From Microcoleus sp. (GTDB taxonomy: Bacteria > Cyanobacteriota > Cyanobacteriia > Cyanobacteriales > Microcoleaceae), in assembly GCA_052279835.1 (NCBI GenBank), contig CP181291.1:4864001-4928000 (forward strand): a stretch of 64,000 nt of DNA. The letters run 5' to 3'. The translations under genes were made by a program, and so were the position numbers. The notes beneath the pieces were generated by a model, which worked only from the letters and a program-made list of their open reading frames with translations, was not told where the DNA came from and searched no databases. How positions within the stretch are numbered: the first letter of the stretch is position 1; every line of letters starts with the position of its first letter. This document shows, piece by piece, positions 49,296 to 58,478 of this stretch.

Positions 49296-49311
49296 TCGAC
49301 CTTGAGATAGA
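49296..49311. promoter_or_regulatory. candidate palindromic operator TC-N3-CT-N2-AG-N3-GA (also at 54423 and 58026)
   Basis: Three exact matches upstream of three minus-strand stress-type genes. Confidence 0.45.
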
Positions 49312-49443
49312 GGTCTCTAGCTAGCAGTTCTCTGGGTACTCTATCAAAGGAGTTAAAATTTAATTAAGCTGATTCTACCTGTCAGAGCGTGGTTTTTCTG
49401 AAGATTTATATAGTAGAGTAACTCAATTTTTATAGGTTAATTA

Positions 49444-50118
49444 ATGCAGCTAGCACCTTTATTTCCAGTTGTTCACCCGATTCTCAAAACAGCTTTTCCC
49501 GGATGCTTGTGGACGGGAGATGTCAACAGTCGCAAAATTGCCCTAACTTTTGATGACGGACCCCACCGACAGCACACACCTCAACTGTTAAAAGTTTTAG
49601 ACAAATATAATATTACAGCTAGTTTTTTCTGGCTGGGTTTTTGCGTTGACAGACACCCAGAAGTGGCTAAACAAGTTTGCGATCGCGGACACTGGATCGG
49701 TCTCCACGGCTACCAACACGTAGCCTTTCCCAAACTTAAACCACAGGAATTAAAGCAAAGTTTAGAAGATACGCAAAAAGCTATTTCCAAAGCTTGCAAT
49801 TTAGACCCAAAATTAATCCGCGATGTGCGGCCTCCCAATGGCTTTTTTACACCTCAAACACTCCAGTTATTAAAACAGTGGGAATATCGCCCTGTGATGT
49901 GGAGTGTTGTCCCAGAAGATTGGGTGCGGCCGGGGGTTTTGACAGTTGTCAACCGCGTCATGGAGCAAACTGGAAACGGTTCAATTATTGTACTGCATGA
50001 CGGTTATTGCGGTGGCGAAGATGTGGCGGCGGCTGCGGCAAAAATTATTCCCTTGCTTTTGGCAAGAGGTTATAATTTTGTTAGCATAGACCAACTTTGG
50101 CAACAGGTCAAAAATTAA
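49444..50118 (+). CDS. polysaccharide deacetylase (NodB domain)
   Basis: LTFDDGP, HGYQH, RPPNG, IIVLHD. Confidence 0.92.
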   Translation: MQLAPLFPVVHPILKTAFPGCLWTGDVNSRKIALTFDDGPHRQHTPQLLKVLDKYNITASFFWLGFCVDRHPEVAKQVCDRGHWIGLHGYQHVAFPKLKPQELKQSLEDTQKAISKACNLDPKLIRDVRPPNGFFTPQTLQLLKQWEYRPVMWSVVPEDWVRPGVLTVVNRVMEQTGNGSIIVLHDGYCGGEDVAAAAAKIIPLLLARGYNFVSIDQLWQQVKN

Positions 50119-50137
50119 CTCATTTCAGCATTAATTC

Positions 50138-51127
50138 ATGAAAAAAGCACTGTTTATTGCATCTATTGGTTTTTTGAGTGCCGGAAGGGCGATCGATCTG
50201 ATGCCTGCTGTCGTTATTGCACAGCCTCCAATTGTAGCACAGCAGCCGCCAGCTACGAACAACTCCATACCCATTCGCACCTCCCAACCCCCTCAAATCC
50301 AAATCATCAACCTGGGAGCAGAACCGCGACAGCAAATGCGTTTAAAACCCGCTCTGAATGTCAAGCAAACAACCTTGATGACTCTCAAAATGGGCATGAA
50401 AATATCTGCTAGCGGTCAGTCTACCCAGGAAATAAAAGTTCCCACATCCGTGGTGACTATGGAAACAGAAGCTACTAAGATTGATGCCAATGGCGATATT
50501 CACTATCAGTTTTCTTACACTAAGGCAGATGTCACTAGCGATAGTACCAATGCTCCCGCTTCTGCCCTGGAAAGTATGCGTTCCGCTATCAAAAAACTGG
50601 TAGGATTGAAAGGCTCTTTCATCATGGACAGTCGCGGTTTCAGTAAAGGAGGTGACTTTATTGTGCCAGAAGGAGCTGACAATAACTTCAAGCAAATAAT
50701 TAGACAAATGTCTCAATCTATAGAGCAACTTTCAGTGCAACTGCCGGCAGAAGCAGTCGGCAAAGGAGCTAAATGGAGATTGGATTTTCCGCTAAATTCT
50801 AACGGAATTAATGTCAACAATATTGCTACCTATGAATTGATGAGTTTTCAAGAGGGAGTTGCAGTTTTGAATATAGGTTTAGAACAGCAAGCAAAACCCC
50901 AAAGTGTCAACTCGCCCCAACTTCCGGCCGGCTCTAATATAAATCTCCAATCTTTGGCTTCTCAAGGTAGGGGAGAATCCACAATCCGGTTGGATAAATT
51001 AATGCCTGTTCGGTCTGCTGTTTCTATGAATTCCAATAGCGAAATGAGTGTTAAAAGGGCTGGTAGTCCTCAAGAATCGACAATAAAAACTCAATTGGCG
51101 ATGGAGATTACTTTAGATTCTCAATAA
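50138..51127 (+). CDS. exported hypothetical protein (DUF6263-like, beta-rich)
   Basis: Signal peptide; LPAEAVGKGAKW motif. Confidence 0.6.
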   Translation: MKKALFIASIGFLSAGRAIDLMPAVVIAQPPIVAQQPPATNNSIPIRTSQPPQIQIINLGAEPRQQMRLKPALNVKQTTLMTLKMGMKISASGQSTQEIKVPTSVVTMETEATKIDANGDIHYQFSYTKADVTSDSTNAPASALESMRSAIKKLVGLKGSFIMDSRGFSKGGDFIVPEGADNNFKQIIRQMSQSIEQLSVQLPAEAVGKGAKWRLDFPLNSNGINVNNIATYELMSFQEGVAVLNIGLEQQAKPQSVNSPQLPAGSNINLQSLASQGRGESTIRLDKLMPVRSAVSMNSNSEMSVKRAGSPQESTIKTQLAMEITLDSQ

Positions 51128-51212
51128 GTGCTAAATCAGGGTAGAATACCTAATACTATGTAAACCTTGCGTAAGTTTCGATCGCAAATGTGGTGACAAA
51201 GGAGGATGCTGT

Positions 51213-52694
51213 ATGGTTCGATCGCACAAAAGTCAAGCATTCATTGCTTTCCTGGTAGCTTTGGGGATAATCATCGGAAATTTGCTGCTTCCGGGCACAA
51301 ATCTAAGTCCGGCATTTGCTCAAGCTAAATTCAAGGATGTGAAAGACCATTGGGCTCAAGCTTGTATCGAAGATTTAGCGGATAAAAAAATAATTACCGG
51401 CTACTACGAAGACGGCACTTTTCGACCAAATCGCCCTGTCAGTCGCGCTGAGTTTGCGGCGATGCTTCGCAAGGCTTTTCCTGATGCAAAAACAGTCCGT
51501 AATCCCATTAGTTTTGTAGATATTCCTACGAATTATTGGGGTTTTCAAGCTATTCGAGAAGTTTATCAAACAGGCTTTATGTCCGGTTACAGTGGCAGTA
51601 TTTTTAACCCGACTTTGAATATTTCCCGCTGGCAAGTTTTAGTGGCTTTAACCAGCGGATTGAAATATACACCCACTGGACCTGCGGCTGAAATTTTGGA
51701 TGCAACTTTTGAGGATGTGCGGGAAATTCCAGAACCGGTAAGAAATGCGATCGCCGCCGCCGCCGAAAAACAACTGGTGGTCAATTATCCCGCTGTCAAA
51801 CAACTAGAACCAACTCGCAACGCGACTCGCGCCGAAGTAGCAACTTTCCTGTGTCAAGCAATTGCGAAACCGGGACAAACAGCCTTAGTTCCCTCCCAAT
51901 ATGTCGCCCAAGTTCCAACTAATGTCGGGCCGCCGAGAACCACAGAAATCTCAGAATTTGATAAAGTTAGGGCGGAATTTTCCTTTGTGAAAGAAGCGGA
52001 AAACGCTAAAAATATGCGAATTAAAATTATCCGCGATGGTCAAACTTTATTGGAAGAACCTGTGCTAATTCCGACCCGTTCTCTAGTAGACTACCCAGAC
52101 AGAAAACCCAGCGAAGAAGTTTCAGAAGGGCGGTTTTTATCTCTGCGAGTCAGGGATTTTGATGGGGACAAGGAACCGGAAGTGTTGGCAGAGTTGGTTT
52201 CCACCAAGAGCGGCTCTAACTGCTGCAATTATTCGTTTATTTATCGCTACGACTCAGCCATCAAAAAATACACTCATATCAAGCATTTCTGGGGCAATGT
52301 GAGCTACGAAATTGTCGATTTTGGCAAAAATGATATCCCAGAGTTCAAAAGTCTAGATGGGCGATTTGCCGAGGCTTTTACAAGTTATGCTGATTCGCGG
52401 CTACCACTGCAAATTTGGCAATACCGTCAAGGTAAAATGCTTGATGTGACTAAGCAGTATCCGGTGGAAGTCTATACCAACTCCTGTGAACTTTGGTTGG
52501 AATCTAACAAGCGTTTAAGTGAAAATAAGGAGGCGAAAGGTATTTTGGCCGCTTATATGGCGAACCAGTATTTACTAGGACAGCAGGTGGAAAGTTGGCT
52601 GTTATTGGAGAGGGTGTATCAAGGGCGCGATCGCACTGAGTTTTTTGGCAAGTTGCGCGAGTTTTTGGTAAATACTGGTTACGCTACTAAGTAG
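51213..52694 (+). CDS. S-layer homology (SLH) domain protein
   Basis: FKDVKDHWA, GYYEDGTFRPNRPVSRAEFA, ATRAEVA. Confidence 0.88.
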   Translation: MVRSHKSQAFIAFLVALGIIIGNLLLPGTNLSPAFAQAKFKDVKDHWAQACIEDLADKKIITGYYEDGTFRPNRPVSRAEFAAMLRKAFPDAKTVRNPISFVDIPTNYWGFQAIREVYQTGFMSGYSGSIFNPTLNISRWQVLVALTSGLKYTPTGPAAEILDATFEDVREIPEPVRNAIAAAAEKQLVVNYPAVKQLEPTRNATRAEVATFLCQAIAKPGQTALVPSQYVAQVPTNVGPPRTTEISEFDKVRAEFSFVKEAENAKNMRIKIIRDGQTLLEEPVLIPTRSLVDYPDRKPSEEVSEGRFLSLRVRDFDGDKEPEVLAELVSTKSGSNCCNYSFIYRYDSAIKKYTHIKHFWGNVSYEIVDFGKNDIPEFKSLDGRFAEAFTSYADSRLPLQIWQYRQGKMLDVTKQYPVEVYTNSCELWLESNKRLSENKEAKGILAAYMANQYLLGQQVESWLLLERVYQGRDRTEFFGKLREFLVNTGYATK

Positions 52695-52729
52695 ATTTTG
52701 AGGTTTTTAACCGCAGATTAACGCGGATA

Positions 52730-52893
52730 GTAGGGGCGGGTTTTACGAAAAATATCTAATTCCAACTTTCAATCAACCCGCCCCCACACAACTAATTCAA
52801 AGAATTTACATGATGATTTTCCGCTTGGTGGGGGCGGGTTTGTTTTAAATCTTTAGTTATAGCCATGTATTGTTGGTGAAACTCGCCCCTACA
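52730..52893. repeat. REP-like cluster (GTAGGGGCGGGTTT / AACCCGCCCC; two inverted pairs)
   Basis: Four related half-sites in alternating orientation. Confidence 0.75.
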
Positions 52894-52972
52894 GAATTTA
52901 GATATTCATCTAATTTCTGATTAGACCCTAAGCTAAAATAAATATAAAGTATTCAGGTTAAAATCACTTAAA

Positions 52973-53647
52973 ATGATATATTCACCTGCACCTTGGAAGT
53001 TGCAAGGGTACGCGATCGCCACTTTACAATTAGTAGATGTTGCACTCGTGCGCCCCCTCGTTCCTGCGGAGTTAGAAATCATCTCTTTGTTTCCCGGAAA
53101 AACCCTGGGTGGAATTTATTTCTCCTCCTATGGGTTAGGTTCCGTAATGGAATATAACGAATTAATTATAGTTAGTGGGATAGCCAATTATGGTGGCAAA
53201 TGGGGCGCTTGGATTTCCCACATTTACGTAGACAATCCTAACTCTGTAGCAGGCGGACGCGAGATTTGGGGACTACCTAAAGAAATAGCTCAATTTAGTT
53301 GGGAAGGCAGCGATTCGATCAAAGCATCATCCCTGGGATACCGCATCACTGTGCGTCAAGGAAACTGTCAACTGTGCAGTCTCAATTACAGTCAACAAGG
53401 TTGGGCGTTACCGCTGTCTTTGAGTGGCAATGTTTTCAGTGCCAACAGCAATAATTTGCTATTTTTTCAAGGACAATTTCAATGTCACACCGGATTGATT
53501 CGAGGCGAACTAGAAATACCTCAACAGAGTCCTTTTGCCCGATTGAACTTAGGTCAGCCTTTGCTAACTGTTGCCTGCGAAGAACTGCATTTAATCGCAA
53601 ATGCGCCGGAAGTTGTCGGCAACAGAGCAGTTGAGTTCAGCTATTAA
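52973..53647 (+). CDS. acetoacetate decarboxylase family protein
   Basis: YNEL, IYVD, GGREIWGLPK (Schiff-base Lys motif). Confidence 0.88.
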   Translation: MIYSPAPWKLQGYAIATLQLVDVALVRPLVPAELEIISLFPGKTLGGIYFSSYGLGSVMEYNELIIVSGIANYGGKWGAWISHIYVDNPNSVAGGREIWGLPKEIAQFSWEGSDSIKASSLGYRITVRQGNCQLCSLNYSQQGWALPLSLSGNVFSANSNNLLFFQGQFQCHTGLIRGELEIPQQSPFARLNLGQPLLTVACEELHLIANAPEVVGNRAVEFSY

Positions 53648-53743
53648 GTATAAGGAAGAAGGCAGAGGATTGATGTGAAGAATAGCAAGCCAGTAAGCTT
53701 TTGAGCGATTTGAATCTTGCATTTAATTAGGTGGAATTACTTA
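53645..53743. repeat. small dispersed element with TAAGTA...TACTTA ends, copy of 40921-41011
   Basis: Shared internal ATCTTGCATTTAATTA; left end overlaps the stop codon of the upstream gene. Confidence 0.7.
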
Positions 53744-53775
53744 ACTAAGCAACTGCTAAAATATAGATAAAACTC

Positions 53776-53808
53776 AGAACCCCGAATTATTAAATAATTC
53801 GGGGTTCT
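53776..53808. terminator. hairpin between convergent genes (probable bidirectional terminator)
   Basis: AGAACCCCGAATTAT-TAA-ATAATTCGGGGTTCT, perfect 15-bp stem. Confidence 0.75.
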
Positions 53809-53841
53809 CACAGCATAAATTATGTAAAAATTGCTAATTTT

Positions 53842-54321
53842 TTAAATGCCAGCGCCCGGAGCAGCTTCTGCACCCATTTCTAAAACAGTACCGCGCAGAA
53901 AATCAATTTGCTGCTGAAACTCCATGCCTTCAATCTTGCCTAATAATGCTTTTCCTGCTTCTGGTAGCTGATAGTCAGCAGGTACGGGAATAATAGTTCC
54001 TTCGTCCATTCCGACTGCTAAGAAAAACCAAAAAGCTAGCTTTGTTTCTGGACTCAGGGAGCCATAAATGCGACTAATCTCAGTATTGGCTTTTGAGGCA
54101 ATATCGCGCATCACTTGCAGTTGTTCTTCGTGGGGCAATTCTTTGACGCGATCGAACAAACCCTGAGCGATTTCGGAACCAGCAGCACCGGGAGCAGCAG
54201 GGGTAATCGATTTGCCCATTTCTGTGTAAACAAACCACAGTAAACCTAATTGGTCGTCTACACTCAAGGTCTTGATGTCTGCTTTTCCTTGGTCGTAAGC
54301 GCTGGTGGTGGTAAATGTCAT
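53842..54321 (-). CDS. helical carotenoid protein (OCP N-terminal domain homolog, HCP)
   Basis: LSVDDQLGLLWF..EMGKSITPAAPGA, EQLQVMRD, KLAFW, QQIDFLR. Confidence 0.92.
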   Translation of the reverse strand: MTFTTTSAYDQGKADIKTLSVDDQLGLLWFVYTEMGKSITPAAPGAAGSEIAQGLFDRVKELPHEEQLQVMRDIASKANTEISRIYGSLSPETKLAFWFFLAVGMDEGTIIPVPADYQLPEAGKALLGKIEGMEFQQQIDFLRGTVLEMGAEAAPGAGI

Positions 54322-54637
54322 TTGGGCCTCCAAAGGGTAATTTATTGCTCAGTTTTCTGATTAATTTGGAAAACTGTTTTTACTTCTTAATAAAAGTTAG
54401 CGAATAAATACTGCACCTAGAATCTTGCTTAAGACAGAGATGATCCCCAACGTAATTTATGGCAGTAAAATTGCTAAAAATTGCAAAAATTGCAACCAAA
54501 GAATGAGGCGGATTGGACAAGATTGTTGTATATGCTACTGATTAAGATTGTTTAGTAGATCGATCGGAGGTCAAAAAATAGAGCCCAGACTTATTGAAGA
54601 AGGTTGGGCTCTAAAGCTGACGCATCGGGTTTCATTC

Positions 54638-54665
54638 AAAAAAAAGGCTAGCCAAAAGCTAGCCT
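54638..54665 (-). terminator. rho-independent terminator of the 1020-aa gene
   Basis: Minus strand AGGCTAGC-TTTTG-GCTAGCCT followed by a U-tract. Confidence 0.8.
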
Positions 54666-54702
54666 ATCATCAGGAGAATTGTAGATCAAACTCTTTTAAA
54701 TT

Positions 54703-57700
54703 TTAGCTAAGCAAACCTGAAATGCCACCGACTGCGATCGCACCTGCTAAAGCCGAAACAACTACAGAAGTGAGAGCCGTACCGAACAACCACCAAGCAG
54801 CACTTGCAGCAGCTTCCCGCGCTTCTTCTGCTTGGTGTTTAGCCTTCTCCTTAAGTTGTTTGATCCGTTTTTTGGCTGACTCTTGCAGCCGTTCTGAGCG
54901 CGACAGAACCGTGTCCCGTGCTCCTTCAATCTGGTCGATAATTTTGTTAGCATTAGCTTCGGAAATATCCGGGCGAGAGCTAATTACAGCAACTAAAGTT
55001 TCCCGATCGAACTGACTTACACGTTCCTTAATCGCCTCAAATCCTGCCTGGGGATCGTCAAATAATTTGCGGAAATCGCGCTTGATACCTTCATAATTAA
55101 GTTCTGGGCGATCCAGGGAATTGAGATAATCCCGAATTTTCGCGAAAATACCGTCTAGTGCTGACTGAAACTTGTCCTGAACCATTTGAACTTGTTCGAC
55201 AAATTGGTTGCGAACAGTTTCAATTTGGTCGGCAATTTTGTTAGCTTCTTCTTCCGAAATATCCTGCCGCTGTGACAGCAAGGCTACCAGAGTCGAGCGA
55301 TCGAACTGCTTGAGGCGATCGCCCAAATTCTGTATCCCCATTCCGGGTTCGCTAAACAACAATTGTAAATCCCGTTTAATACTTTCAGGATTGAGTTCTT
55401 CCTTGTTAGTATTCCGCAAGTAATTTTCCAGACTTCCTTGGAAATCCCGCACAGTTGCTTGAGCGCGAGAGGCCAACCGGCGCGGAGATTTAACAATGCT
55501 GCGGATCTCATTCAAGATGCGATCGATCGTCCGATTGATCTGTTCTTCGCTCAAATCTTCCCGTTGTGAAAGCAACTTGACCAAAGTTTCGCGATCGACA
55601 TGAGAAAGTCTTTCGCGCAAAGCCAAAGCACCCTCTTTCGGATTCTCAAATAGTTTGGTCAAATCTCGGTTAATACCTTCTGGATCTAGTTCTTCCAGGT
55701 TGGTATTCCGCAAGTAATCGCCAATCTTAGTAGTAACTTCTTCGTACTGCTGCTTAGCTTTATCTGCAACTATTTGCGGCGCGTTGATAATGTTATCGCG
55801 CACAGATTCAATCCGGTCGATCGCCTGATTTACCTGTTCTTCGCTGAGGTCTTGGCGCTGCGACAGCAACTGCACCAGGGTATCGCGATCGAATTGAGAT
55901 AAGCGTTCCTTCAGCGCCTTAAAGCCTGCTTGCGGGTCTTCAAACAAAGTTTGGAACTCGCGCTCAATACCTTCAGGATTGAGTTCTTCCTTGTTAGTAT
56001 TGCGGAGGTATTCTTCTACCTTTTGGCGCAATTCTTGCGCTTTCGATTTCGCTTGTTCTTGCAATTCCTGAGCTTTAGAAATCACTCGATCGCGCGAACT
56101 TTCGAGGCGACTGATTAATTGGTCGGCTTCTTCGGGGCTGAAATCTTCCCGCTGACCTAGCAACTGTACCAAAGTATCGCGATCGAATTGCGACAGGCGA
56201 TCGCGCAAAGCCTCAAAACCAGCATCCCGGTCTTCCAAAAGCGCTTGAAAATCCTTCTCGATACCTTCAGGATTCAATTCTTCCTTACCAGTCGATCGCA
56301 AATAATCTTCAATCCGACTCCGTAAATCTTGAGACTGTTCTTGACCCGCAGCAGTTTGCAGAGTTTCCAAAACTTCCATGCGAATACTTTCAAGCTGTGC
56401 TGTAATTTCCGCAGCCTGTTCTGGATCTAACCCCTCGCGACGGTTGAGCACCCCTACAAAATACTCTGGATTCAACATCTCTAACTGGCGCAAAACAGCC
56501 CTAGGAGAAGCGTCAGGATCGTAGATCACATCCCTAAATTCCTGTTTGATTGTCTCTCTATTTAAATGCCAAGGCTGAGCGTTAACCAAATAATTTTCTA
56601 CATCAGCCTTAACAGTATTGAAAGGCAAAGCAGGCACTTTTTCTGCCACCTTAGACCCCAGAGATTTAGCTTTTTCCGTTCCTTTAGCAGTGAATTCCTG
56701 TAACTTACCAGAAATTTTTTCCACATCTAAATCCGACAAATCAGTCCGCGACAGCAAAGTTCCGACTAGAGCTTCGACACCCAACTGCATCGCTCGGTTC
56801 ATGCCATTGCTAGACTCAGATTTGTTTTCTGGAGTTGCCAAAACTTGAGATAATTTGGCATTCAGTTCATCCGACTTCAGCAAATCCGGTGCCGCAGACT
56901 TCAGAAAGTTAACCAACTCTAACTTGGGGTCTTGTTGCTGTTGGTGCTGACCGAATGCTTGCTTCCACACGCCTTCAAGTTGGTCTGCTACTTGATTTAT
57001 TTCATCTTTGGAAAAATCAGTGCGACTGCTAACTAAATCTACAAAAGTCTGACGGTTAACATTTTTCAGAACGTCGCTTCCCGCCAAAGATTTGATATCC
57101 GCATCGCCCAGCAACTTTTCAAATTGACTGCGAATTTCTTTGACATCTAGCTTCGGTAACTGCAAAGAACCAACATAATCTTGTACTGTTTCGCGAATGC
57201 TATCGGGGTCTACCGCCGAACTCAATTCGCGGCGGACAGCGGCTATAGATGCCTCTACAGTATTTACCATTTGGTCGCTAGCCATCTTCCCGCTCATGGC
57301 TGCACCGGCAGTACCCATGACGCCTTGAACGCCGGAAAATGCTGTTTTCATCAAGGAACCAATCAAGGAACCGACGGCGCTAGAACCCAGCCAAACCAGA
57401 GTTAAAAAGTAGGCAGCCCAGATGACAACACCAATAATGGCCGCTCCATCTACGCTAGCAATAGAAGTTAGTTTGACTGCGAGAAAACAAGCCAAAAATA
57501 AGGCTATGTTGACTGTTACTAAAATCCAACCGCCTACTAGACCTTCAGTTTTGCGAAATTTAGTACCTAAACTTTCTGAGTCGTCATCGTCATCGGGTAA
57601 AGCCTCATCCCAATTAGATATTTTGGCGGCGATCGAGAAATTAGTTAACAAAAATTGAAAGCCGAAAGCCATAATCACTCCGGCGATTAAGGCTACAAAG

Positions 57701-57765
57701 AACTGTGGGCTTAAAAACATTAGCCCTCCGATATCCGGGTGGTCGAATGGTACGTTTTCTAACAT
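54703..57765 (-). CDS. membrane-anchored helical repeat protein of unknown function
   Basis: N-terminal TM helices, ~5 copies of a 98-aa YLRNTNKEELNPEGI...RLSQFDRDTLV repeat, C-terminal TM. Confidence 0.8.
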   Translation of the reverse strand: MLENVPFDHPDIGGLMFLSPQFFVALIAGVIMAFGFQFLLTNFSIAAKISNWDEALPDDDDDSESLGTKFRKTEGLVGGWILVTVNIALFLACFLAVKLTSIASVDGAAIIGVVIWAAYFLTLVWLGSSAVGSLIGSLMKTAFSGVQGVMGTAGAAMSGKMASDQMVNTVEASIAAVRRELSSAVDPDSIRETVQDYVGSLQLPKLDVKEIRSQFEKLLGDADIKSLAGSDVLKNVNRQTFVDLVSSRTDFSKDEINQVADQLEGVWKQAFGQHQQQQDPKLELVNFLKSAAPDLLKSDELNAKLSQVLATPENKSESSNGMNRAMQLGVEALVGTLLSRTDLSDLDVEKISGKLQEFTAKGTEKAKSLGSKVAEKVPALPFNTVKADVENYLVNAQPWHLNRETIKQEFRDVIYDPDASPRAVLRQLEMLNPEYFVGVLNRREGLDPEQAAEITAQLESIRMEVLETLQTAAGQEQSQDLRSRIEDYLRSTGKEELNPEGIEKDFQALLEDRDAGFEALRDRLSQFDRDTLVQLLGQREDFSPEEADQLISRLESSRDRVISKAQELQEQAKSKAQELRQKVEEYLRNTNKEELNPEGIEREFQTLFEDPQAGFKALKERLSQFDRDTLVQLLSQRQDLSEEQVNQAIDRIESVRDNIINAPQIVADKAKQQYEEVTTKIGDYLRNTNLEELDPEGINRDLTKLFENPKEGALALRERLSHVDRETLVKLLSQREDLSEEQINRTIDRILNEIRSIVKSPRRLASRAQATVRDFQGSLENYLRNTNKEELNPESIKRDLQLLFSEPGMGIQNLGDRLKQFDRSTLVALLSQRQDISEEEANKIADQIETVRNQFVEQVQMVQDKFQSALDGIFAKIRDYLNSLDRPELNYEGIKRDFRKLFDDPQAGFEAIKERVSQFDRETLVAVISSRPDISEANANKIIDQIEGARDTVLSRSERLQESAKKRIKQLKEKAKHQAEEAREAAASAAWWLFGTALTSVVVSALAGAIAVGGISGLLS

Positions 57766-58478
57766 AATTTACCTCCTAAATTTTCAGCCTGATTAGGCAT
57801 AATGAAATCTATCCCCCAATCTCTGCAAGGGGATATGGCCATCTTTAGATGGTTTTTTGCCACTTTCAAAATTTTTGAATTATGAGTTAGTTACTGCTCA
57901 GTAGCACTCTCCCATTTAGGCAATGTATTCAGTAGGGATGCTTGGTAACTCAGCAATCCAAAACTATCGTTTTTTAGGGCGATGGTTCTATATGTTTATC
58001 ATGGCGACTGGGGTTGATAAATTAATCCATCTAAAGTCTGAAATTAGTTTTTAAATAAATTAAAATTGTAGAGTTCGTTTAAAAGCCGCAAATCCGATAC
58101 CGAAGGCGATCGCCACCAATTATAAATATTAGTAAAGTACGCCACAGCATACCCTAAATATCGTAGAGTGCGCTATCAAGTTAGGATTTTGTTTGATTAT
58201 TAGGGTGAAAATTAGCTAGTAATGGCGATCGTTCGAGCTGCATAATCAGTAGCGTGGGACGGAGGATTACTATTGATAGTTTGGCAAAATATTATTCATA
58301 TATCTAATATATATCTGCTAAATATCTAAGAGACATCTCCTAAAAAGACTTTCCACAACAGGTAGTACCCTTGTTCCACAATAATTATGGGAAAGGTCTA
58401 ATCAAATCTGCCTTACCTCTGATAATATCAGAAGTTAATGTGAGATTAAAATCATTCAGTCATTAAAGGAAATCACCA

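Noticed and set aside
57770..58478. Long intergenic region as a T-box, riboswitch or ncRNA upstream of proS
   Set aside because: No T-box consensus or convincing structure seen
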